Below are positions 52,601-64,000 of a stretch of DNA of 64,000 bases, in pieces. This stretch comes from Glaucostegus cemiculus (taxonomy: Eukaryota): NCBI GenBank assembly GCA_976551045.1, contig CDPCPM010000060.1, positions 3,534,001-3,598,000 of the forward strand. Direction: 5' to 3'. The notes beneath the pieces were generated by a model. That model was given only the letters and a program-made list of their open reading frames with translations, ran no database searches and was not told the DNA's origin. The position numbers and the translations under genes were made by a program. The stretch's first letter is position 1. Each line of letters starts with the position of its first letter.

Positions 52601-55600
52601 AGACAACCTGCTTCTCTTGAAAAGACCGATTCATTTGATCAGAAGCTTTCTAGTGTTTTTCCCATTGTGTGAGATGAGAAGTAGAGTAGTGTAGTGGCCT
52701 GCCTGTCACTTTTGTCTGAATAGGTAATGTCGTCTTGTTCAGCTGAAGAGGCAGGAGCGCGAATCGCTTGTTAGGCCACACGATCAAAAGTCATTCTCCT
52801 GCTTTTTCCCAATCAGTCCTCTCACTGCCCTGCTAGGCAGACATGAAATAGATTTTCCTTCTCCTGGTGAAAGCACTGAGCCAGCTCGACATTTGAAATG
52901 TTAACAAAATTTACAAGACACATTCCATTGCTAGGTGATTTGTTTAGCACTATGCCACTTTGGCCTATGAGATGATTTCAAAAAGCCTAAGCTATTACTG
53001 ACTGCTTGCAGCATGCAGCAGTTACCAACCTTTTATACGGGTGGGGATACTTTTCAATTTGGCATTTACTTATTATCATTCTCAAAATCTTGCCTGCAGT
53101 ATTTATAATCTGAAGAAGAAGCTTAGTTCAACAATTGCGTGACTTTACTAATTACTCCATTGTGCTATTGGTCCTGCTTTGAAAAAAGGGTCCCGTCAGT
53201 GACACAGGGTTATACTGGTAGCCCTGCATTACTCTCTACTTAAGCCATTCAGAGCTCCGCATGTTTGCACTTAAGTAATGTGCAATATACATTATTGACT
53301 CTTAGCATTTCTTTAGAGGTCCAGTAATCTGGATATCTTCATTAAAAAGGAGATGGTTTAGAACCTATGGATAATATGATGTCATATTTGTTGTTCTATC
53401 TGCTTCCGCACAGTCTTGTTTAAGTTACTGGGATGCTCACCAGTAGGATTCATGCTCCTTTTAAAAGGGCATTTGAAAAGGAAATGGTTCCTTCTTTTTA
53501 AAAACGTAAACAAGGCCATCACTGTTATTAAACAAACACCGTCTTTTTGATTTCTAAATTACCAGTGTTCTCTTCTTGAGTGTGGACACTGTGCCCAGTT
53601 AACTTCTTTGTACTTTGGGTGACATCATTGAGATAGTGTCATATTTGGAAGTGGCCCAGGCTGTTCCAGGCATTGTGTAGCTTCAAATGGGCATGTGGGA
53701 CAATGCAAGTCTTTTCAAACATTATGATAAAATCTTTATTTGAAGGGAAAAGAAGATCTTTTAAAAACACAAAATACACTGCAAGTGGAGTGCCTTTAAA
53801 ATGGAACATTTCAGCTTTAAGTAACTTTATACAATGGATTTAAACTTTGCAGCTGGCCCTTAGATAGACTTGTTCTTTAGAATTCATCCATGTAAGCCTT
53901 CCACTGTCTCAAATTCGGTTTAATTAAAACCCAGTTTTCATTGGTGAATACTGCACGCCATTCCATCTTTCATCCTCTTCTCCCTCTGCACTGGGTTATC
54001 AACTTCTGATTACTACATTATTTATGTTCCTATCTTTATCCATCTTATTGTAACAATCTTGAACCTGTGAAGAATGAGATAATGCATTCATTAACCAAGT
54101 TCTTCATTAACAAAGAAAAGAAAACCTCCTAATGTGCTTCCTCCCTTTGCTGAAGGCTCTGGGGTATTTCCATGGACATTTGCCAGCCACTGCTACCATG
54201 CTGCTATTCTTCAAGTATGAGCCCAGACAATGAGTAGCAGCAGGTTAATTGACGTAAGAAGAGAGCAAGCCTGATTCCCCACCAACCTGACAATAAGACT
54301 AATGCTCTTTTCGGTAAGGTTACAAGAATTGGAAGCCTATCTGATATTTCCTAAACCCTCTTCCTTTCCTCATTAAGAACTTTCAAGCCAAAAGGAATGC
54401 TTCTACAGCCCTTGGCAGGATTACCAGCCTTACTCTAGACCATGGATCAAGCCAGGTATATTTTTTGATCATCTGCTTCAGTATCACGTCAGGAATGCAG
54501 ATGAGAGCTTGACCATGTTGAAAAACAAATTTAAAAAAATAAAGGTTAGAAAAATCTGCCAGATTAGGCCTCTTAACAATGGAATGCTGGGATTTGAGAT
54601 AGTAGTCTAATTGTGTCATTATTGTATCTTTACTCAAGTCAACTTTTGGAATGAAGAGCATAAGGGGCCAGAACTTAGACCTGAGGGTAATATGCCAGCA
54701 CTCCATTGATAAATGGAAAAAGTATGAATGTGTCCTTTGTGGAACCTCCAGTATAGATCTACTGGCAAGTAAGGTCCTGATCCAACATGACAAACCCTTA
54801 TGTGGTGGCATGGCCTTAAATGATGTAATGTCATCATGTGGGAGGGCCAGAACAGAGCCTGCTGGTAAGCCAGCAGAAACATACTTTGACCACTAGCAAT
54901 GCCTTGCCACTGCTTTGCCAGTTATCAAAACTATCAAGAACTTTGAATAATTCTGAATGGCCATGACTTCAGAAACACTTAAAATCCATTATAAATTAAA
55001 CAATAAAAAATAAACCAGTAAAAATCATTTTAAAGCACTTTTAAATACTTCTAAACAGTTATAAACGTTAAAGCAAACATTTATAATTTTTACTTTAAAC
55101 ATTATACTTACCTCACTCCATTGCAGTTGTTCCTTTCCATTCAAATGAGCTTACTGTCCTTGCACTGAGTTGAATTAAGTGCTGGTTCAGCAGGCAGAGT
55201 CCCTGGCAGAACTGGTGAGAAATTCAGAAAGTTTGTGTTGTGCTCCATCATTGGACTCCATAGTACATTCAAGAAACTGCTGGTAGAACTTAACTAGCAA
55301 ATTTGGGACTTAGTCTTCTTGTACACTAGACCCAAACTTCCTGATTGTTTGTGCAGGAGTAAATATTTCCCAGCAATTTCCAGACCAATTTCGTTGAATT
55401 GAGCACTGATTATTGAATCTTTTCATTCCCATGTAATATGCTGATTCATATACTCAAGCTTACACAGATTCACACACTCTCATGCACACTTACAGACACT
55501 CACACACTCTAACACACTGAAAATTTAGAGGCAAAGACAGTGATGAATTTGAGTCTCGTGAACAATTACAATATTCTACTTAAATTTTGTTTAAATGTTG

Positions 55601-58600
55601 ACTTTGCAGTAATAGTATAATCACAGCGGCAATTTAATGTTGGTATTTTGTTTTAAAAGTTAGCATCTTATATCCACTTACTCTAAATTTAGGAGCATCT
55701 TATTAAAAAGCTCATTTGGTGCCTTAATATTAACATAAACAATGTATATACTTATTTAGTGACTGATTGTTGATGATGTAATGAACGATCATGCAAGTCT
55801 TGTACTGAAATAGTAGATAGAAAACTGATTAAATTAAGAGGCAAAACTGGAACTCCGAAGTACTTTGTATCTTTTATTGGCCTGTTACTCGGCAGGCACA
55901 TACACATATGCAATTTGTTTTAAATTCAATATACGTTCTAAGGGACTGACTTTAACCAATGGTATTCATACTTGTCAATTGGATTTTCTGATTATTATCT
56001 TCATAAAAACAACTGAATGTGCACCGAAGTATGTGAAGATTAAATAACAGACAGTGATGCTTGTATTGGTTTGTATCCACAACTGTCTTCTTAGAAGAAT
56101 GAGATTGAGGGATATAGTAAGAAGGTTTGGGATTGTGATTGAGAATATGGGAGACTCTAAATAAGAAGAGCTGAGGGATGAGAGGAGAAGGTTGTTTGGT
56201 GGGTTGAAAGAGAATTGGTGAAAAACTCCTAATATTTAAATTCAGCAAGGATCTCGCCTAAGATTGTAACTAATTATTTTTCTTCATGTATTGATGAACG
56301 TGCTGGTTCCTTCCAGTATTCTCTGTCCCTTTTTTTTTCAGAATTCGCATCCAATTCATTAAGTTACCACTAAAACTGTTAAAATAGGTACCCTAACAAT
56401 ACATTCCCCATTTTGGTTTTCGTTATACCTGATGTATTATTTTATTGAAAATGGGAAAATAATTCTTGCTTCCAGCTACATTTTAATTAGAATGATACAT
56501 GTCTCAGCAGGAAGGAAATTTAATTCTCCTCCATCCTATCCATTGCAATTTGAGAAGAGGTGGTGTTATTTTTAACCTTTAGGCTGGTCTGCAGTGATGG
56601 TGCCGGTTTGTTTTTTCTGGTGTATGTGAGGGCCATTAGCAGCAACAGTAGCTGTGTTGTAAGTGGGATCTTTGACCAGTTTGTGCTGGTCATTTGCTCT
56701 TTAGATCTCTTCAAATAAAAGGCTAGTTTTGAACTTCACTTTCAATCTGGTAATTGGTAAAATTTCAGTCTTCTTGTCTGTTCAAGTCTGATTTTATGTT
56801 TGGGCAGTGAACCCTAACTGAGCATGATAGCCACCAAGATGGATACCATCTAGAGAGCACTGATGTTAAGAATCAGCATTATATTAAACATTTTAAATCT
56901 GCCATTGTGTAATGGAATCTGGTTCAGGAATAGCTAAGATTTTTAAACTGAAAAAATCAGTGTGAACAAGAACAGATGTTGATGTGTTTGACTTTATCTG
57001 TTGTGATCCCATGTGCAGAGGTCAGGAAGGGCAAATGCTAGGAATTGTGCTTAACATGCCAATGACAAGATTGCCTGTGCAGAATTTCCCAGAGTTAGAG
57101 CTAAAAAAAATCTTCCCTTCAAAATACTTTCAATGCATAAGGACATTCCACAAGGCCACAAGGTTTGCATGACAGATGTTTAAATGTCACACAACAGAAC
57201 TGAAGGAAACAGAGCAAATAATGTGGCTCCATGAAGTGAATGCAAATTCTGGGAAATAGTGTGGCTTCTATTCAGGATGAGAATTCTGGGTGTTGGAGAT
57301 TTCCTATTTTTCTGCAGTTTGATTAGGGGGTAACTCACTTCTCAATTCTGTGCTGCTGGCCATTATTAATTCCTAATCTATTCCCAGTCTCTCCTGATGG
57401 CAATAACTCGTGTTGGGATTTGGCTTTGTAGCTGACAAGCACTCTTAGTTTACCAATCCAGTGGATTTTTTTTTGTGCCTGAACCCAGGCTATATGTTCT
57501 GCTAGGCAAAGCCACCAAACCTTTCCTTGTCTTTTGATCACATATATTTACTTTAAAACCATGTGGTAATCCTACATAATCAGGTGCTATGCTGCTAGTT
57601 TATATTTGTGTAGAACTACACCGGATAGTGACCTGGAAATTTAGTGGAGTGATTATCCTGATGTAACTTGGGGAAGAGGCTGTGAGACATCCTGATGTAT
57701 GTAAAAAGGCTGGCTATTTATCTAGCTTCTCAGGGGATTCCTTGGGACCATCACAGAAGTTACAGCCGGAGACTGGAATAATGACCCCATGAAATTCCAT
57801 ACAAGTATATTTGCCCACTAAGCCAAAGTTTACTGGACCCATGATCTTAATTAATGTATTTCTATCTAACAGGGTACACTCAAATCTGAAGTATCTGATG
57901 ATAAGACACATTTTGTCTTTCTAGGTGGATTTGAACTTAATTCAAAATCCAATTTATTTTGCATTGATCATGCTGAATTTGTATCCACCAATGCATCCTG
58001 CAATATATTGTGCCAAATGCTGTGTGTAAAATACTCATTGAAACATAATAAGTCTATAGTGAGTGATCCAGCAGATTTTATTCTCCAATGGGGCACAAAG
58101 AGCTAATTCAAGCAAGAAGTGCGAACTGCTGGATTCATTACCAGAGCCATTCATATTAGGTGGGGGAGGACTCTCTTTCACATTTATTTTACATAAACAG
58201 TTGAATTTTGAGTTTGTTTTTGAAACATTGCATGTTTGTTCAGTTCCTTTATATGAATCCCTTTAGGAATTCAAAAATCGTTCACAGGCCTAGTTCCAGG
58301 TAACTCATTGATTTCAGGTTATGCCCATATTCCAGGTTAAGCCCCCAATCTGTGTTGAATAAAGTTAGGGCTATTCCGGTTTAATTCACTACCCCTATCC
58401 GGTTGAAAGAAAGAAAAACGCACTCAAGGCCCCCATTCTTTTTTTATTATCATTATTCAGTTGTTTCTGCTGGAAGGAATGTGAGGTGAGGTTTGGATTG
58501 AACTTGCTTACTAAACTAGCCATAGATGAACGGACTGCCAATATTAACTGCCTGAAGTTATAGATGGAATGTGGCTGCTTTGGTGAGATTCTACAAGGTG

Positions 58601-58859
58601 GTCATTCACTGTAACTGTATATCAGCAACATCACAAGAGAAATTTGGAGTAAAGTTAAAACTACTAAATTCATATTTTAAGATGCAATATGATAAGTTAT
58701 TTTATTGCACAGTCTATGAGAAAGTGTTGCAAAATACAATGGGTTTAAATCAAAACATTATGTATGATTTCTTAAGCTGAGTTTTTAAAAAAAATCTGTC
58801 AGAACAAGAATTTTAAAGTGGCAAACTGCCGAAACATCTGTTGATGCTTTGGTAATTCC

Positions 58860-59142
58860 AGGGTACAGTGGCAGAGTGGTTAAGTTACTGAGCGAGCAGC
58901 CAGAGCTCTGGACTGTTGATCCAGAGACAGGAGTTTGAACCGCACCATCCCAGCTGGGGAATTCAAATTTAAGTAATTCAATAAAAAAACATGGAATTAA
59001 AAAAAAGTAACCATGGAACTATTAGATTGTCGTAAAAGAAAACATCTGGTTCACTAATGTCCATAAGTGAAGGAATCCTTCTGTGCTTCTCTATTTTGAC
59101 CTATTTTTGTGTCTAGACCATCAATGTGGTTGACTCTTAACT
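58860..59142 (+). mobile_element. tRNA-derived SINE (second family)
   Basis: A box tggcagagtgg, B-box-like gagtttgaacc, body catctggttcactaatgtcc...aatgtggttgactcttaa. An antisense copy is fragmented across 39660-41000. Confidence 0.7.
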
Positions 59143-59189
59143 CTATCAGTGTAGGGGCTGACGATTGACACAATACTGAGAAATAAGCA

Positions 59190-59600
59190 AATAAGTAATA
59201 GAAAAAGAATGCCATACGGCCTCCTGTGTCTGCTCTACTGTTCAATGATCATGGTGTGATCTTTGGCCTAAATCCACTTTCCTGCTGTATCTCCATGTCT
59301 ATTAATTCCCCCAGAGTGTAAAAATGTATCTCAGCTTTCAATATACTCAAACAATCAGCATCCACAGCCCTCTTGGGTAGAGAGTTTCAAAGATTTGCAA
59401 CACCATGAGAGAAGTAATTCATTCTCATCTCAGTCTTTAGTGACTAACCTCTTAACCTGAGGGCATGCTCCCTAGTTCCACACTCACTAATCAAGGAAAG
59501 CCTCTTTTACTGCATCTACCCACCACCTCCATCAAATGTCCCCTCCAAAATCTTATAGCTTTCCTTGAGATTACCTCTCATTCTTCTAAATTCAGAGTGC
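59190..59600 (-). mobile_element. CR1 LINE 3' fragment
   Basis: gccatacggcctcctgtgtctgctctactgttcaatgatcatgg...tccacagccctcttgggtagagagtttcaaagatt. Confidence 0.7.
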
Positions 59601-60463
59601 AATCCCATTCTACTAAATCTCTACTCAAAGGAAATTCCCATCATCCCAAAACAACTTTCTTATTCCCAGGAAACTTTTTAAAATTATTATTTGAGCCTTC
59701 ACTGCACCATCTCCAAGGCAAAGATATCCTGATGCAAATTTGTACGATTTTCGATTTTGGAGCTGATAAACACCTCCATTTAACTTAAAATGGTTCAATC
59801 CGAGATGAACTAAATACATTAGCTCTAATCCTAAATTTACTTAATTAATATGATGCAGTTATTTACAGCTTCAGTGTATTAGCCATGAGCCTGACATCCA
59901 ATTAACATGCTATGGCTATTCATTTATCTGGCCTATCAACCCTGAGCCTGTGTTGATCTAATTAATGATAAACTAGTCATTACTGCTGAACTTGGGTGGA
60001 TCTTCTTGATGTACTGATATCATTTCTTAAGTTTATAAACCCTAGACCTGAACTTGACCTGGTCAAACTAAAGTGCCACACAAGTATGCACTTTTCTGGT
60101 CATTTATGCTGGACTTGACCTGTCAGCAATCAGTGTTCTAAATCTGATTTAATTACAACATTAAATCTTGGCGTCACCCTAAATTTATAGAAAACTGAGG
60201 CTGTCAAAGCCAACATTTGGGAAGAAGGTGGATTCTTTCTAAATGTTCATACTTAATTTTTTCTAAACTTGTGCCATTAAATTCAATCAGGACAATAATT
60301 TTGTATTTCTTTGTCAAACAAATCAGTTTTCTTCTAACATCTCTCAATTGCACAACATGAAAAAAGAATAAATGGAGCAAAACTCCTTCACTGTCCCTTT
60401 GTATGCACAGAAGAGTACAAATTTTTTTTAAAGTGACGTCCTTAAATTTCAAAAGGAGAGTGG

Positions 60464-60501
60464 ACAGTTCTGATGAAGGGTCTACAACCTGAAATTTTAA
60501 C
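60464..60501 (+). ncRNA. Minimal type-I hammerhead ribozyme motif with intact core boxes (solo PLE remnant)
   Basis: GUU-CUGAUGA-AGG(GUCUACAA)CCU-GAAA-UUUU-AAC: both conserved boxes intact, stem II AGG/CCU, stem I GUU/AAC; the ACGU palindrome of stem III is lost. Confidence 0.65.
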
Positions 60502-60819
60502 ACGGATGCTGCTTCACTGGCTGAGTTTATATGGAAAAAGTAAATAAATTAACAGAGGATTAAGTATTTTCAGCAGGCATTTCTTGACGCACATGCAGAT
60601 GATGCAGCTTCACATTACAGAAAATTGTGATACAGACCGTTTTCTAGGAACATAACTCTCCTCCGTAATGCAGTGGTTGCCTGAATTGTAAATAGAAAAT
60701 AGAATATTTATGGCAGTCATTTTAGCAATTAGTATTATATCTTGATGATTCTACTGTACTTGAATTGAGAAACACCTTTTTAAAAAAGTTTATCTTCATT
60801 AATGTAGTTATATGAAAAT

Positions 60820-61100
60820 TAGGGAACATAAATCCTGGAGCACTGTGCTTCTCAATGCCCGGATTCTTCCCTACCTCTTCAACTGCCTCCAGCCCTACTA
60901 GTTTGCAAGAAATCTTGAGTCCTTCTATCTCTGACATTGCTGATTTACTTCATCCCACAAATGGTGGCTGTTCTTTCAGTTGCTTAAACTCTAAACTCTG
61001 GATTTTGCTTTCTGTTTCTTTCCATTTTTCAACTCTCTTTTAAGTTGTTCATTAAAACCTGCCTCTTCAGCCAAGTTGTTTGACTTTCTCCTATTTTTGC
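60820..61100 (+). mobile_element. L2 LINE 3' fragment
   Basis: ctccagccctac...tggtggctgttctttcag...ctaaactctgga...ttaaaacctgcctctt. Confidence 0.6.
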
Positions 61101-62732
61101 TTGGTGTGAAACTTAGTCTGAGAACCTATAATAAGAAGAAGCCTAACTGCTTTGTAAGCACTTATCAAGTTTTGTACTTAGACGATGACCTTGCAGTGCA
61201 TTGAAGTATGCCATCTTGGCACTTCACAGCTGCACACATGCCATCCATGAAGGCACAATCAGGCAGAGTCCTAACACCGGAGGCTGATACATATGTTGAT
61301 TTTTATTTTATTCTTATGACATTAATCCTATTTGCCAGCTGTTCACCCAGCTGCTATTCTCCAGCTCAGAGGAGATTGGAGTGATTGAAAAGGGGACAGC
61401 TAGGGTTAAGCCTTACAGCCTTTTTTTTTTCCATTTGACTTGCAGCCAGCTAGTGAGAGTTGAGTTCTGATTGGACTTCAGGTTCAGTTTGTTTGAAACA
61501 TCCAGACATCCACCGACTACATGCAGTCCTTGTTTAGATTGAGTTTCAAACAGGGGCATTGATTCACTAACTCTTCCAGTGTCAAGGCTGTTATACAAAA
61601 GACATTCCTCATAGATCTGAAATAATCATTTTGAGTACATCTAATGATTGTTTACCAATATTTGACTGCAAGGGTATTGTGATTTCATCAAATATTTTTC
61701 CTGATAGAACATTATAGAGCAGAGAAGGTGTGAGGCCCTACTGTATCCAATTCATATCCAATACCTTCCCAATACCTTCAAAATATTGTTCAAGTACTTA
61801 TTTGTCTATTATATTTTTTATGCCTCACAAATATTTAGATAGTTCCATACTGAAATGAAAAACTGTTGCTGCAGAAATAGCACTTTGTCTTGTAGTCACA
61901 GTTTTGGAAATAGTTAATGTTGTTTTAAAGGATTGAAATACCCAAAGCGTAGAAGCATAAGTGAATATGTCATCGTGGTCAACACTCATGTAGACAGCAG
62001 CAACACCATAGCACAATAGGATTAGCACCTGTGAGAAATGAAAAACTGACACTGTCTGTTAAGTAGAGTACATGGATTTAAATTAACCTTGGCTGTGTTA
62101 AAGAATTGTTTCTGAAACCTACCATTTGGCATTAACCCTAGTCCTGCTGAATTAATGGGGAATCCAGATGGTTAGCACAGCAAGTTCTGCAACTAATGCT
62201 TTAGGAGTAAGTTATTGCCTGAAAACTCTAAATTCCATGTACATTTGGTTAAAAGGGCAGATTATAACATATAAAAAAGATAAAACTTTATGGGACATTT
62301 AATATTGTTAAAGTAAACCTTTATGACGCAGACTAAAGGTTTAATAAATTCTTAAAATGTGATTCCTATAATAGCACATTAAAGCCTCAGGAAGCATACT
62401 GGCATTGCTGAAAGCAAAATTTGTTAGTGCCTGGGGTCCAAAGCCTCCGGTAGTATTGAATCACCATTGTACACCTTCCTCTATGTGCTATGCAACATGT
62501 GAAAAAAAAAACATATTGTTTGGAAGGTCAGGGCGAGAGAGGTCTGATGCTTGGAGGCCCATTTGGGGCTGGGGAGTTGCTGTAGCAGTAAATAGGTGGA
62601 CAGTGTGGCCTTTTAGGGTGGAAAGTGAATCAAGGTATTGAAGGTGCCTTAGGGAGTCGGGGGTGGGGGGTGGTGAGGGGGAGGGAATTTGGGTGTCAGA
62701 ACTGTGAGGATTAGTGGAGAGTTTGGAGTCTG

Positions 62733-63680
62733 AATCATAGAATTGTATTGTATGGAAACAGGCCATATGGCCCAACTAGTTTTCTCTGACCATTGAGCAC
62801 CCTTCCTTTTAATGCCATCACCCAGCACTTGGTCCATAGCCCTCTGTGCTTAATTGATTCAAGTGCTCATCAACACACCTTTTAAATGCTGTCAGTGACC
62901 TAGCTTCAATCACTCTCTCAGACAGTACATTCCAAGTACAAGTCCTCTCCAGCTTTCGAACACCCAACTTGCGTGCAGCCCATGCATACGAGCAAACGTT
63001 TGGAGACTGGCGGCATCTTCTACCACATCAGAACTTGGTTCATGGCCACATTTCTGACTTGCAAACTGTTCGGGTTACAGTTGTTCACAGGGAAGGCACC
63101 TTGTCATAACCTGAGGAGGACCTGTACTTGCCACTCTCCGGATAAATAACATTCCCTTCACATCCCCTCTAAATCTCTTCCCCCTACCCTAAACCTATGT
63201 CTCCTCTTAATCTCTTCCTCAGGGAGAACAGACCTAGTTTCTCCTCATAACTGAATTGCTACATCCCAGACAACACCCTAGTGAATCTTCTCTGCACCCT
63301 CTACAGTGCTATCACATCCTTCCTATACCTTGATGACCAGACTTCATGCAGGACTGTGGCTGAGGTCTAACCAAAGTTTTATAAAGTTGGCACATAACCT
63401 CCCTATTCCTGTATTCAATTTCCTGACTAATGAAGGCCAGTATCCCATATGCCTTCCAAACCATGTTATCTACCTGCATTGCCACATTCAAGGATTCATG
63501 GACTTGTACTCCAAGGTCCTTCTGTTCCCCAATACTCATAAAGACCCTACCATTCATTGTGTATGTCCTGGCCTCATTAGTGCCCCCAACGTGCCTCATT
63601 TGACATTTGTCTGGATTAAATTGCATCTGCCTTTTTATAACCCATTTCACAAACACATCGATATCCTTCTTAGCTTATTT
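62733..63680 (-). mobile_element. CR1 LINE 3' fragment (RT C-terminal region)
   Basis: ORF 63312-63656: QMQFNPDKCQMRH...EQKDLGVQVHESL...KAYGILAFI...YKTLVRP, canonical CR1; tail aatcatagaattgt...ggaaacaggccat. Confidence 0.9.
62939..63124. mobile_element. Tc1/mariner (Tigger/pogo-like) MITE with TA target duplication, nested in CR1
   Basis: TA|caagtcctctccag ... ctgaggaggacctg|TA; removing it restores CR1-like cattccaagTActtgccactctc. Confidence 0.8.
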
Positions 63681-63779
63681 TCCCAGTTGACCTTCATACC
63701 ATTATAATTGCCCTTATTTAAGTTAAAGACAGTGGTGTAGTCCTGTGGTGTCCACCCTCTCAAACTGCATCTGGAATTC

Positions 63780-64000
63780 TATCATATTATGGTCACAATG
63801 TGATTGTTAACCATAAAATCTCTTATTAATACCATTTCTGAAATAGCCTGTTCCTGGGGTAGGTTCAGTAACATACTGTTCTAAGAAGCAATCCCCGGCA
63901 CACTCCACAAATTCTTCTTCTACAATACACTTCCCAGTTTGATTTGTCCAATCAATATGTATATTAAAATCTCATATGGCAATTGCAGTTCTTTTCAAAC
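63780..64000 (-). mobile_element. CR1 APE-endonuclease region fragment
   Basis: Minus strand DFNIHIDWTNQTG...EEFVEC..DCFLEQYVTEPT. Confidence 0.75.

Noticed and set aside
55460-55520. CA-rich tract; also short tandem duplications near 38292 and 61760
   Set aside because: Ordinary microsatellite or slippage products.
1-64000. Prokaryotic systems (operons, CRISPR arrays, defence loci)
   Set aside because: No long ORFs, spliced vertebrate exons present, and no regularly spaced repeat-spacer array.

Overview
This is AT-rich, CpG-depleted vertebrate genomic DNA, not microbial. The repeat families (V-SINE/HE1-like, DeuSINE-like, CR1, Penelope pLTRs) point to a cartilaginous fish (shark or ray; inference). 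The window covers the 5' part of a SOX6 (SoxD) gene on the + strand: the start-codon exon (CDS 12704-12946, [10 protein letters not shown]...) and the next coding exon (38577-38787, ...[24 protein letters not shown]...), separated by a 25.6 kb intron. I could not find the following exon in the window. The rest is decayed retroelements and DNA transposons, a 159-N assembly gap, and repeat-free blocks that look like conserved enhancers. The most notable unannotated signals are: (1) a dispersed family of minimal type-I hammerhead ribozyme motifs (CUGAUGA-stem II-GAAA) carried by Penelope-like element ends, all partly decayed; (2) a ~170-bp-arm, ~95% identical inverted repeat in the SOX6 intron whose five transition mismatches are all G:U-compatible on the sense strand, next to a truncated SINE and a second small foldback. 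Repeat family names come from remembered consensus motifs, and repeat boundaries are approximate.
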